From NCBI GenBank assembly GCA_031370065.1, contig JANMPW010000002.1, forward strand, positions 1 through 36,389: a DNA stretch of 36,389 bases. Direction: 5' to 3'. A model generated the notes under the pieces. That model searched no databases and was not told the DNA's origin. It worked only from the letters and a program-made list of their open reading frames with translations. The stretch's first letter is position 1; the number at the start of each line of letters is the position of its first letter. Position numbers and translations under genes: made by a program. This DNA comes from Acidobacteriota bacterium (lineage in GTDB: Bacteria > Acidobacteriota > Thermoanaerobaculia > UBA5066 > Gp7-AA6). Positions 22,508-30,811 of this stretch are shown in pieces.

Positions 22508-24448
22508 TCAGTCGAGCGTCAGGATCAGCAGCGTGCGGTCGTCGTCCGCAGGGCGACCCCCGGTGTGAGTTGCGACGGCGGACAGGATCGCATCGCGCAC
22601 GGCCGCGGCGCCCGCCGCGGAATGCGCGCGAAGAACCGCCTCGAAGCGCTCGAAGCCGAAGGCCTCGTCCTTCCCGTCCACGGCTTCGATCAGGCCGTCG
22701 CTATAGAAAACGAGGATGTCGCCGGCCGTGAAGCTCTCGGCGCGGGACGGAAAGGCCTTGCCGGGGAAGAGACCGAGCGGGAAGGAGGCAAGCGCGAGGG
22801 CGTCGAGCCGCGTTCCCGAAACCCGGTACGGCGCCAGTTGCCCGGCATTGGTCAGGGTCCCTCTGCGCGTCGTGCCGTCGTAGGCGAGGAACGCGAGCGT
22901 CATGTAATGCCGCGGGTCCGTCGAACGGTGAATCAGGTCGTTCATGCGCGCGAAGAGCTCGCCGCCGTCGTGGCCCGCCTCGATGAGGGAGGAGAGGCCG
23001 GCCTTCGCCATCGCGACGAGCAGGCCCGTCGGCAAGCCGTGCCCGGAGACGTCGCCGAGCGCGAAGCCGAGACGGCCGTCCGGCATCCGGACGTAGTCGT
23101 AGTAGTCGCCGCCGATCTCGGCGACCGGCTCGAAGTGCGCGAGCACGGAGACTCCATCGAGGCGCGCCTCAGGCGGGGGAAGGAGCTTGTGCTGGATCGT
23201 CCTTGCGATCGCGATCTCGCTCTCGAGGCGTTCCTTGCGGGCCGTGTCGAGCAGCAGGCGCTGGATGGAGTCGGCCATGCCGTCGAAGGAGCGGGCGAGG
23301 TCCCCGATCTGGTCGCGCGACTTCGAATGGACCCGCTCGGAGAAGTCGCCCCGCGCCACGGCCGCGGTGGCGCGAGTCAGGCGGTTGACGTTGCGCGCGA
23401 TCGACCCGACGAGCACGAACGCGATCGCCAGGGCGACGGCGTAGACGCCGAGGACGATGGAGACGAGAACCAGGAAGGCGATCCGGACGACGCCACTGAT
23501 CTCATCCACGCCCTGGGTGAAGAGCTGACTGAAAATGACTTGGAGCGAGGTGACCGCGGTGAGGACCGCAACGTTCCTGCCCGTCTCGGCCTTTTCCTCC
23601 GCGGCGTTGAGCGCGGTCTCGAGGTAGAAGGCGTGGACCCAGGTGCTTCGCCACACATCCGTGCCCGCAGGGGCCGCCCCGCGCGGACGACGCACGATTG
23701 TCTCCTTGCGGTCGCGCAGCTTGCCCTTGCCGACCCGCAGTCCGCGGTCGCGGGGCTTGTCGTCGATCGAGAAATTCGGTCCCTCCTGGCGCGACGTCCC
23801 GACGTCGATGCCTGTCTCGTATCCGGTGCGGTCGGCGAGCTGCTGGAGCCACGGCGTTTCCGGCTCGTTCAGGTGAACGAGCTGCACCGTGCCGGCCTTT
23901 TCTCCGGGCACGGCGAGCCAGACGTCGTTCCCGTCGACGAGAAAACCGGGCCGGTCGAGTCCGCGCGCCCAGGGGGCGGGCGCCCCCGCCGGCAGCCAGG
24001 GCGCGTCGGAAGCCGTCACTTTGCCGTCGGAGGCAACCGAGATCCCGGGCAGCCGGGCGTCGGACCTCGCGGCGGCTTCCCCGACGGCCGTGATCTCGCG
24101 GCGCAGGCGATTGGCCACGTACTGGTGCGCGACGATGTACCCGGTGAGCGAAAGCAGGGCGGCGAGCAACGGGATGGGCACGACGCCGATCAGAAAGTAC
24201 GAGAACGCCAGGCGCAGCGCGAGACGTCGGACGATCACCCGGAACGCGGCGACCCCGAGCCTCCAGAGCAGGATGCAGGCTGCCTGGGCCGCCACGGCCT
24301 TCGCGAGGAGGGCCCAGCATCCGCTCTCGGGCGCTGCGCGCTCGATCAGGACCGTCGCCGCGATGGCGGCGGCGAGGACGACGAGCCAGACTCGCGTGGA
24401 CTTTCTCAGGGCCACGTCCGCGTATTCTAGCGACCCGGCGTCGGACAC
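22508..24448 (-). CDS. membrane sensor protein phosphatase: TM segments - extracytoplasmic region - HAMP - PP2C/SpoIIE domain
   Basis: HAMP-like segment is SIARNVNRLTRATAAVARGDFSERVHSKSRDQIGDLARSFDGMADSI. PP2C/SpoIIE motifs: ARTIQHKLLP, EIGGDYYDY, ALGDVSGHGLPTGLLVA, YSDGLIEA, DDRTLLIL. Several N-terminal hydrophobic helices. The start could be a downstream GTG. Confidence 0.88.
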   Translation of the reverse strand: MSDAGSLEYADVALRKSTRVWLVVLAAAIAATVLIERAAPESGCWALLAKAVAAQAACILLWRLGVAAFRVIVRRLALRLAFSYFLIGVVPIPLLAALLSLTGYIVAHQYVANRLRREITAVGEAAARSDARLPGISVASDGKVTASDAPWLPAGAPAPWARGLDRPGFLVDGNDVWLAVPGEKAGTVQLVHLNEPETPWLQQLADRTGYETGIDVGTSRQEGPNFSIDDKPRDRGLRVGKGKLRDRKETIVRRPRGAAPAGTDVWRSTWVHAFYLETALNAAEEKAETGRNVAVLTAVTSLQVIFSQLFTQGVDEISGVVRIAFLVLVSIVLGVYAVALAIAFVLVGSIARNVNRLTRATAAVARGDFSERVHSKSRDQIGDLARSFDGMADSIQRLLLDTARKERLESEIAIARTIQHKLLPPPEARLDGVSVLAHFEPVAEIGGDYYDYVRMPDGRLGFALGDVSGHGLPTGLLVAMAKAGLSSLIEAGHDGGELFARMNDLIHRSTDPRHYMTLAFLAYDGTTRRGTLTNAGQLAPYRVSGTRLDALALASFPLGLFPGKAFPSRAESFTAGDILVFYSDGLIEAVDGKDEAFGFERFEAVLRAHSAAGAAAVRDAILSAVATHTGGRPADDDRTLLILTLD

Positions 24449-24470
24449 ATCGGCTACAATCGGTCGGGAC

Positions 24471-24974
24471 GTGAAGTTTCTCCGGCAAGCCGCGCTCCTG
24501 CTCCCCTCCGCCTTCCTCCTGAACGTGCTCGTCTTCCTGTTGACGCACGGGCGGGATGATCCCGGCTTCGGTATCTACCCGTTCTTCCAGGCCTGGACCG
24601 GGGACGCCGCGCCCGCGCCGGAAAGTCGCTTTCTCCTGCAGGCTCTGGTGTTCTTCTCGCCGGCCTACGCGGTGAGCCTTTTCGTCATCCTGAGCGTTTC
24701 ACTCGCGGAGCGGGCCGTTTTCGGCAAGCGCAAGCGCCCCGTGCCCTCGACCTACGGCCGCGCCTTCAGCGCCGCTTTTCCGGTTCTCTTCTTCGCGGCG
24801 AGCGCGGTCTTGATGTGGATCGGGGAGCGCGAGGCGCTGAAGCAGGCCCCCGGGTCCCTCGTGGCCCCGCTGCTCGCGGCGGTCGCACCCTTCGCGGCAG
24901 CGGGGCTCGCTCTGGTTCCGGCCGCCGCCGCGGCGGGGCCGCTGGCGCTGCTCTGGAAGGCGGGACCCGCATGA
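24471..24974 (+). CDS. hypothetical integral membrane protein
   Basis: 167 aa from in-frame GTG 24471 of ORF 23889..24974. It has four or so hydrophobic segments (LLLPSAFLLNVLVFLL, LLQALVFFSPAYAVSLFVILSV, FSAAFPVLFFAASAVLMWI, LVAPLLAAVAPFAAAGLALVPAAAAAG). Its stop overlaps the guaA ATG (ATGA). The upstream part of the ORF is antisense to the phosphatase gene. Confidence 0.55.
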   Translation: MKFLRQAALLLPSAFLLNVLVFLLTHGRDDPGFGIYPFFQAWTGDAAPAPESRFLLQALVFFSPAYAVSLFVILSVSLAERAVFGKRKRPVPSTYGRAFSAAFPVLFFAASAVLMWIGEREALKQAPGSLVAPLLAAVAPFAAAGLALVPAAAAAGPLALLWKAGPA

Positions 24975-26512
24975 CCGCGCTGCCGCGCCCGATCCTGATC
25001 GTGGATTTCGGGGGTCAGTACACGCAGCTGATCGCGCGCCGGATCCGGGAGGCGCGCGTCTTCTCCGTAGTGCTTGCGCCGAGCGCCTCCGCCGAGGAGA
25101 TTCGGCGGTGGAACCCGGTCGGCATCATCCTGTCGGGCGGACCGCAGAGCGTCTACGACAAGGATGCCCCCGTGCTGGCCGCGAATCCGATGGCGGCGGG
25201 CGTTCCGGTGCTCGGGCTTTGCTACGGGATGCACTGGCTCGCGCAGTCGCAGGGAGGACGAGTCGAGCGCGCGGAGGGCCGCGAGTTCGGCCGTGCGACG
25301 GCGCGGGTCGCGACCGACTCGCCGCTCTTTGCGGGGCTCGAAGAGCAGCAAACCGTGTGGATGAGCCATGGCGACTCGGTCCTCGCACCGCCGCCCGGGT
25401 CCCGGGTCATCGGCTCGACCTCCGATACCCCGATTGCGGCCTTCGAGAACGCCGAGCGCGGCCTTTACGCGCTCCAGTTTCATCCCGAGGTGCGGCACAC
25501 GCCCCACGGCACCGAAATCCTGGAAAACTTCCTCTTCCGCGTCTGCCTCGTGAAGCCGGAATGGACGATGGCCTCTTTCCGCCACGAGAAGGTCGCGGCG
25601 ATCCGCGCTCAGGCGCCATCGGGCGCGGTCATCTGCGCGATCTCGGGTGGTGTCGACTCCTCGGTCACCGCGATCCTCCTGCGGGAAGCCCTCGGGGACC
25701 GCGTCTACCCGATCTTCGTCGACCACGGCCTCATGCGTGCGCACGAGCGGGTGCAGGTGGTCGAGGCCTTCTCCCGTCTCGGGATTCGCGTGCACGCGGT
25801 CGACGCGGCCGACCTCTTTCTATCGCGCCTCTCGGGCGTCACGGACCCAGAGCAGAAGCGCAAGATCATCGGGCGGACCTTCATCGACGTGTTCGAGAAA
25901 GAAGCCAAAAGCATTCCGGACGCGCGCTTCCTCGCGCAGGGGACCCTCTATCCCGACGTCATCGAGTCGGTCTCCATCAAGGGGCCGTCGGCCGTCATAA
26001 AGACGCACCACAACGTGGGCGGCTTGCCGGAGCGCCTCGGCTTCGAGTTGATCGAGCCGGTGCGCGAGCTCTTCAAGGACGAGGTGCGCTTGCTCGGCGC
26101 CGAGCTCGGTCTGCCGCGGGAGTTCCTGGCGCGCCATCCGTTCCCGGGCCCCGGCCTCGCGGTCCGGATTCCGGGTGAGGTCACAGCGGAAAAGGTGGCC
26201 CTCCTGCAGAAGGCCGATGAGATCGTCCTGGAAGAAATCCGCGCGGCCGGGCTCTACGACTCCATCTCCCAGGCCTTCGCGGTCCTCCTGCCGGTCCGTT
26301 CGGTGGGCGTCATGGGCGACGGCCGGACGCACGAGTTCGTGATGGCCGTGCGCGCCGTGCAGACGACCGATTTCATGACGGCCGATTGGTTCCGTATGCC
26401 CCACGACGTGCTCGACGCGATCGCCAGCCGCGTCGTGGGCAGCGTGCGCGGGATCAATCGCGTCGTCTACGACATCACGTCGAAGCCGCCGGCGACGATT
26501 GAATGGGAATGA
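24971..26512 (+). CDS. guaA: GMP synthase (glutamine-hydrolysing)
   Basis: From ATG 24971: ILIVDFGGQYTQLIARRIRE, GLCYGMHWL (GATase Cys), FHPEV, AISGGVDSSV (PP-loop SGGVDS), HHNVGGLP, and C-terminal KPPATIEWE. Confidence 0.97.
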   Translation: MTALPRPILIVDFGGQYTQLIARRIREARVFSVVLAPSASAEEIRRWNPVGIILSGGPQSVYDKDAPVLAANPMAAGVPVLGLCYGMHWLAQSQGGRVERAEGREFGRATARVATDSPLFAGLEEQQTVWMSHGDSVLAPPPGSRVIGSTSDTPIAAFENAERGLYALQFHPEVRHTPHGTEILENFLFRVCLVKPEWTMASFRHEKVAAIRAQAPSGAVICAISGGVDSSVTAILLREALGDRVYPIFVDHGLMRAHERVQVVEAFSRLGIRVHAVDAADLFLSRLSGVTDPEQKRKIIGRTFIDVFEKEAKSIPDARFLAQGTLYPDVIESVSIKGPSAVIKTHHNVGGLPERLGFELIEPVRELFKDEVRLLGAELGLPREFLARHPFPGPGLAVRIPGEVTAEKVALLQKADEIVLEEIRAAGLYDSISQAFAVLLPVRSVGVMGDGRTHEFVMAVRAVQTTDFMTADWFRMPHDVLDAIASRVVGSVRGINRVVYDITSKPPATIEWE

Positions 26513-26548
26513 CGCAAGAAGAACGCTGAAGGCGTAGTCCTTGCGTCA
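26510..26548 (+). other. 9-bp inverted repeat spanning the guaA stop codon
   Basis: TGACGCAAG (26510-26518) pairs with CTTGCGTCA (26540-26548) around a 21-nt loop. The right arm runs into the first palindromic repeat unit. Confidence 0.35.
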
Positions 26549-26577
26549 TTCCGAGGGCCGCAGGCCCGAGGGATCCC
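26545..26577 (+). repeat. short palindromic intergenic repeat unit, copy 1 (GTCATTCCGAG-hairpin-CGAGGGATCCC)
   Basis: Sequence is GTCATTCCGAGGGCCGCAGGCCCGAGGGATCCC. It contains a GGGCC/GGCCC hairpin (26555-26567) flanked by direct CCGAGG repeats. An inverted, related copy lies at 26601-26630. Confidence 0.6.
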
Positions 26578-26600
26578 GAACTTCCAGGGTCGTTCGAGTT

Positions 26601-26647
26601 GGGATCTCTCGCTGCGCTCGGGATGAGAGATGGGTCGGGATGACCGA
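26601..26647 (-). repeat. short palindromic intergenic repeat unit, copy 2 (inverted) plus partial copy 3
   Basis: The reverse complement of 26601-26630 reads TCTCTCATCCCGAGCGCAGCGAGAGATCCC. It has the same ends as copy 1 (TCATYCCGAG ... CGAGRGATCCC) and a shorter central hairpin. The reverse complement of 26635-26644 is GTCATCCCGA, a truncated third unit. Confidence 0.55.
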
Positions 26648-26673
26648 TGAGGGGGCCGGTCGGCTGAAAAGGA

Positions 26674-26699
26674 AACGGGCCCGCTTGCGCGGGCCCGTT
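26674..26699. terminator. intrinsic-terminator-like hairpin (probably for the minus-strand lipoprotein gene; possibly bidirectional)
   Basis: An 11-bp perfect stem AACGGGCCCGC (26674-26684) / GCGGGCCCGTT (26689-26699) with loop TTGC. On the minus strand it lies 20 nt after the stop at 26720 and is followed by TCCTTTTCAG. On the plus strand it is followed by GTTTGCAATTT. Confidence 0.6.
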
Positions 26700-26719
26700 G
26701 TTTGCAATTTGAGAAAGAG

Positions 26720-27325
26720 TTACTTGGCGGGCGCCGCAGCAGCCGCGCCGCCGGCCTGCATTCCGAGCGAGACCATGATCTCGGTCGCCTTGTCCTTGAC
26801 GGTCGTGGCCTTGGCGATGGCGTCGGCCCACTTGCCGCCCTTGAACGCTTCCTGAGCCTCGCCCCAGGCCGTGGTCGCCGCGGCGAGCCCGTCCTTGGCG
26901 GCGGTGAGCTTGGCCGCGTCGAGACCGGCGGGGAGCTTCTTCGACTGCGAGAGGATGTCCACGCGGCTCTTGATCGCGTCGAGCATCTTCGGAAGGCTCT
27001 CGCTCATCTGGTTCCAGGTCGCCGTGAGCTCGTCCTTCTTGGCCTTGGCCTTGGCCAGCACGTCGTTGGACTTCTGCTGGATCGACTGCGCCGAGGCGAG
27101 CGCGGTCTTGTAGTCGCCCTTCGCCATCTGGTCCTTGGCCACTGCCATGTCGTCCGAGAGCGACTTCACGTCGTCGGGCACGAGGTTCTCCGCCTCGGTG
27201 CGCGCGCCGCTGACCGCCTCTTCGGCGAGCTTCATGGCCGCTTCGGCCGGGGCCTTCCCGCTGTTGCAGGCGAGGGTCGCCGCGCAAACGAGCACGAGGG
27301 CGTATTTCCACGATGTCTTCAGCAT
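26720..27325 (-). CDS. alpha-helical lipoprotein, unknown function
   Basis: From ATG 27325, preceded by GAGGAGGAG: MLKTSWKYALVLVCAATLACNSG (lipobox LAC). The mature part is Ala/Lys/Asp-rich and helical, with an apparent internal duplication (AKDQMAKGDYKTALASAQSIQQKSNDVL versus AQEAFKGGKWADAIAKATTVKDKATEIM). Confidence 0.7.
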   Translation of the reverse strand: MLKTSWKYALVLVCAATLACNSGKAPAEAAMKLAEEAVSGARTEAENLVPDDVKSLSDDMAVAKDQMAKGDYKTALASAQSIQQKSNDVLAKAKAKKDELTATWNQMSESLPKMLDAIKSRVDILSQSKKLPAGLDAAKLTAAKDGLAAATTAWGEAQEAFKGGKWADAIAKATTVKDKATEIMVSLGMQAGGAAAAAPAK

Positions 27326-27380
27326 TTCTCCTCCTCTTTCTTTTCTTGGAATCATTTCAAATCCTGCGGTTGGTTCTTAT

Positions 27381-27578
27381 TCAGGGAATCCGCAGCTTCT
27401 GGCCGACGCGAATCATGTTCGGGTCCTTGAGGACGTCCTTGTTGGCCTCGAAGATCTTGGGGTAGAGGCTCGCATCGCCGTAGTACTGCTGGGCAATCTT
27501 GGAGAGGGTCTCCCCGCTCTTGACTTCGTGCCACTGGGTGTAGTCCGCGCCGCCCTGTGCAGGCTTGTCGTCCGGCAT
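27381..27578 (-). CDS. small LysM peptidoglycan-binding domain protein
   Basis: 65 aa. [53 protein letters not shown] is a canonical LysM domain. AAGGAGGAAG lies immediately upstream of the ATG. Confidence 0.85.
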   Translation of the reverse strand: MPDDKPAQGGADYTQWHEVKSGETLSKIAQQYYGDASLYPKIFEANKDVLKDPNMIRVGQKLRIP

Positions 27579-27641
27579 GCTTCCTCCTTCGGGTGTTCTC
27601 AGGCTGGAGAGAGCGAACCGTAGGACGCCGGGTGCCGCTTG

Positions 27642-28724
27642 TCAAGCCGGAGCCGGGTTGTCGAGGATCGCGGAGATGGCCGAGAGCCCCGCTGCGACCC
27701 GGTCCGGGCGCCCCCCGAAAGCGAGGCGAAAGTGCGCGGGGGAGCCGAAAAAGCGGCCCGGAGCCACCGCCGTGCCCGTCTCGGCGAGCAGGCGCGCCGC
27801 GAAGGGCGAAGCGTCGGCGAACCCCTCGAGGCGCGGAAAGGCGACGGTGGCGTGGGATGGCGCGCAGGCGAGGTCCGACCGACGGACGAGCCAGGCGTTG
27901 ACCGCGCCGCGGTTGGTCTCGACGATCCATCGCGCCCGGGCCGCAAGCGCGTCCAGATTCGCGAAGGCCACGACGGAAAGGCGATCCGCCGGCATGGGCG
28001 CCCAGACGTCCACGAGGTCGCGCGCCCGGCGGATCCTGCGCGTCACGTCCGGATCGGCCAGTGCCCATCCGCACCGGAGGGACGCGAGCCCGTAGGCCTT
28101 GGTCAGGCTGCTCGTCGACACGAAGAAAGGCGAAAGCGTCGCCGCGGGGGCCGGCCTCTCCTCGAAGACGGTGTCCAGGTAGACCTCGTCCACCAGGACA
28201 CGAAAGCCGCGCCGCGCGGCCAGCGCGCCGAGGGCGAGAAGGCTCTCGGGTCGCGCGAGGGCACCGGACGGATTGTGCGGATTGGAGAGAAGGATGAGGC
28301 GCGTGCGCGGCGTGAGTGCGGCCGCGATGCGCTCGACATCCACGTCGTACCCGTCCTCGAACCGCCTCTCGAACGTGCTCACCGAGGCGCCGAGCAGCCG
28401 CGCGGCTGCCGGCATGGGGTCATAGAAGGGGCTCTCGACGAGGACCTCGTCCCCGGGTTCCAGAAGCGCCGCGCAGGCCAGGAAGTTCGCTCCCGAGCAT
28501 CCGCCCGCCATCGCGACGCGATCGGAGGCCACGCCGTAGCGGCGCGCGATCGCGTCGACGAGGGGCGGGTATCCGTCGGGGCTTTCGCCGGCGATGTCGA
28601 CTGCGTCCCTCGCGCCGGGAAGGTCGTCGAGCGTGCAGGCGAGAAGGTTGCTGCCCGCCAGATCGATCTCAGGGCGCGGGCGTGTCTTCGCCCACTCCAT
28701 GTAAGGAGCGGTCGCGGGCGTCAC
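27642..28724 (-). CDS. PLP-dependent aminotransferase, class I/II
   Basis: From in-frame GTG 28724, which overlaps the permease stop (GTGA); alternative ATG at 28700. Motifs: LLSNPHNPSG, VLVDEVY, STSSLTKAYGLASLRCGW (PLP lysine) and a C-terminal RLAFG. The upstream 236 codons of ORF 27642..29432 are out of frame over the permease gene. Confidence 0.87.
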   Translation of the reverse strand: MTPATAPYMEWAKTRPRPEIDLAGSNLLACTLDDLPGARDAVDIAGESPDGYPPLVDAIARRYGVASDRVAMAGGCSGANFLACAALLEPGDEVLVESPFYDPMPAAARLLGASVSTFERRFEDGYDVDVERIAAALTPRTRLILLSNPHNPSGALARPESLLALGALAARRGFRVLVDEVYLDTVFEERPAPAATLSPFFVSTSSLTKAYGLASLRCGWALADPDVTRRIRRARDLVDVWAPMPADRLSVVAFANLDALAARARWIVETNRGAVNAWLVRRSDLACAPSHATVAFPRLEGFADASPFAARLLAETGTAVAPGRFFGSPAHFRLAFGGRPDRVAAGLSAISAILDNPAPA

Positions 28725-30052
28725 GGCGAGTCGCCCCGGGCCTTCGCGCGTCCGGCGCACGCGAAGTAGATCGGCAGCCCGGCCGCAATCAGTCCGACCC
28801 CGATCGCCGAGCGCGTCGGGTTGGAGCGGATGACGCCGGCTAGAACGAGGGCCGACGCTGCGAGGAAGAGGATTGGCAGAACCGGATAACCGGGCGAGAG
28901 GTAGGCCTCGGGTCCCCGCTCCGAGGGCGGAAACCGGCGCCGGAAGCGCATGACGGCGGCGATCGTGAGGGCGAAGAAGATCCAGTCGGCGAACACGACC
29001 GAGTCGACGAGGTCTCCGTATGTGCCCGTCAGGAGGAGCACGATCCCCCAGAGCGCCTGCAGAAGGATCGCGCGGTGGGGCGTCCCGAATCGCAGGTGCA
29101 GGTTCGAGAGGCCGGGGAAGAACACTCCGTCCCGGGCCATCGCGTAATAGATGCGCGTAGGCCCGAGCATCGTCAGGTCCAGGAACCCGAAGGTCGAGAT
29201 CGCGATCGTGCCTGCGATCCATCGCTCCGCACCCAGCCCGAAGAGACGTTGGACGGCGTTGGCGGCCGGCGTCGAGGTTGCCGCGAGGCCGTCGCGCCCC
29301 AGCGCCGCCAGGTAGACCACGTTGACGAGGACGTATACGGCAATGACGAGGAGGGTCCCTACAACGAGTGCGCGCGGAAGCGTTCGTCGCGGTTCGCGGA
29401 TCTCTTCGGCCAGGACGTTCGCGTTCTGCCATCCCCCGTAGGAAAAGAGGATTGGCACGAGGGCCGCGCCGAAGACGAGCAGCGTGGCAGTCGGCCGCGA
29501 CGCGGTCGCGACCGGGTCGGCGCGGGGCAGCGAAGGCGCCAGCCAGAGGCCTCCCACAATGAGGGCCGCGAGCGCGCCTACCTTCAGGACCACGAGGACG
29601 TTCAACAGCCGGCTTCCAGGCTTGACGCCGGCGCAGTTCACGAGGGCGACGAGGATCAGCGCCAGGACGGCGAACGGCCTTGGGTCCGCGCCGCCCGCGC
29701 CCGAGAGTCGCAGGAGATACTGGGAGAAAGTGATTGCGACCGCCGCGATGCCTCCTCCCTGGATCATCACCAGCGAGGCCCAGCCGAAGAGAAAGCCGAC
29801 GACCGGGTGGTAGCCCTCGCGCAGGTAGACGTATTCGCCGCCCGCCTTCGGAAAGAGCGCCGCGAGCTCGGCAAACGCGAATGCTCCGGCCAGAGCGATC
29901 AGTCCGCCGAAGGCCCAGGCCCCGAGGATCCAGGCGGACGAGGGGAGCCGCTCGGCGACGAGATAGGGGTTGATGAAAATGCCCGCGCCGATGATTCCAC
30001 CGACGACGACCATCGTCGCGTCGAAGGTCCCCAAAGCGCGGCGCAGTGCCAT
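28721..30052 (-). CDS. APC-superfamily amino acid permease (paralogue of 11053..12414)
   Basis: 443 aa, multi-TM. GGIIGAGIF...AELAALFPKAGGEYVYLREGY. The N-terminal region aligns with the other permease (LPSS.WIL.AW..GGL...G.F..AE). Confidence 0.9.
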   Translation of the reverse strand: MALRRALGTFDATMVVVGGIIGAGIFINPYLVAERLPSSAWILGAWAFGGLIALAGAFAFAELAALFPKAGGEYVYLREGYHPVVGFLFGWASLVMIQGGGIAAVAITFSQYLLRLSGAGGADPRPFAVLALILVALVNCAGVKPGSRLLNVLVVLKVGALAALIVGGLWLAPSLPRADPVATASRPTATLLVFGAALVPILFSYGGWQNANVLAEEIREPRRTLPRALVVGTLLVIAVYVLVNVVYLAALGRDGLAATSTPAANAVQRLFGLGAERWIAGTIAISTFGFLDLTMLGPTRIYYAMARDGVFFPGLSNLHLRFGTPHRAILLQALWGIVLLLTGTYGDLVDSVVFADWIFFALTIAAVMRFRRRFPPSERGPEAYLSPGYPVLPILFLAASALVLAGVIRSNPTRSAIGVGLIAAGLPIYFACAGRAKARGDSP

Positions 30053-30082
30053 GGGGCGGGCTCGATCCCTACGGCGGACCGC

Positions 30083-30784
30083 TCAGCGCCGCGCCCGCAC
30101 GGGCCCGACCTTCGTTTCGATGAACTTGCCGTTGACGTCGAAGTCGTAGGCGACCTTCATGGAGCCGACGACGGCGCAGGCATGGCACCCATCGCGCAGC
30201 AGGAAGTCCAGCATGAAGCGCTGGCCTCCGTTCTTCAGGTTGGCGGCCCCGGGAGCGGTCACGCCGAAGCGCAGGCCCGGAAAGATCGAAAGGTTCGGGA
30301 ACCGCTTGACCAGGGCGGCATAGGTCGCGTTCTCCGCGAGCGCGTCGGCGCGGATCAGCGAGAGGTCGTCCATGTCGATCATCGGGGGCTCCCCGTTCAC
30401 CAGGAAGCACACCCGGTTCTCGTTGGCGCGGAAGGGGTACTCGGCGTGCGCGATGTCGACCTTTCCCGTGTCGCGAAAGTCGCGCAGGTATCCCTGGTTT
30501 CCGGTGCGCCGGGCGAAGGCCAGGGCGGGCTCCGGCGCTCCCGCCTTCTGCATCTGGGACACGAAGCACTCGCCGAAGCGCCCCGGCGTACGCTTGTCGC
30601 AGGCCTTGTGCATCGCCTGCAGGAACGACGGGGGAAGCGTCCACACCGCGTCGGGGCCCACCGGAACCGGTGCGGGCCCTGCCGTCGGAGAAGGCGACGA
30701 CGCCTCCTGCGCCGAGGCCGCCGAGACGATCGCCAGCAGGAGAACGGCGAAGCGTGCGCTCATCGTGGTTCGAGCTTTTATCAT
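30083..30784 (-). CDS. hypothetical secreted protein
   Basis: From ATG 30784 (or ATG 30763): MIKARTTMSARFAVLLLAIVSAASAQE signal, a Pro/Ser-rich linker, then a globular roughly 190-aa part with four Cys. No family recognised. The rest of ORF 30083..31723 is antisense to dnaE. Confidence 0.6.
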   Translation of the reverse strand: MIKARTTMSARFAVLLLAIVSAASAQEASSPSPTAGPAPVPVGPDAVWTLPPSFLQAMHKACDKRTPGRFGECFVSQMQKAGAPEPALAFARRTGNQGYLRDFRDTGKVDIAHAEYPFRANENRVCFLVNGEPPMIDMDDLSLIRADALAENATYAALVKRFPNLSIFPGLRFGVTAPGAANLKNGGQRFMLDFLLRDGCHACAVVGSMKVAYDFDVNGKFIETKVGPVRARR

Positions 30785-30811
30785 CTTTCGGAGGGATAGA
30801 ATCGGTCTCCG

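Noticed and set aside
20678-24430. 1250-aa uninterrupted plus-strand ORF spanning two genes and their spacer
   Set aside because: It is antisense to the M28 peptidase and the HAMP-PP2C gene. Both start at coordinates congruent to 1 mod 3. So codon position 1 of this ORF is the complement of their GC-rich position 3, and T-initial stop codons almost never arise. The composition is Arg/Gly/Pro/Asp-rich low complexity with no motifs. It is a classic high-GC shadow ORF.
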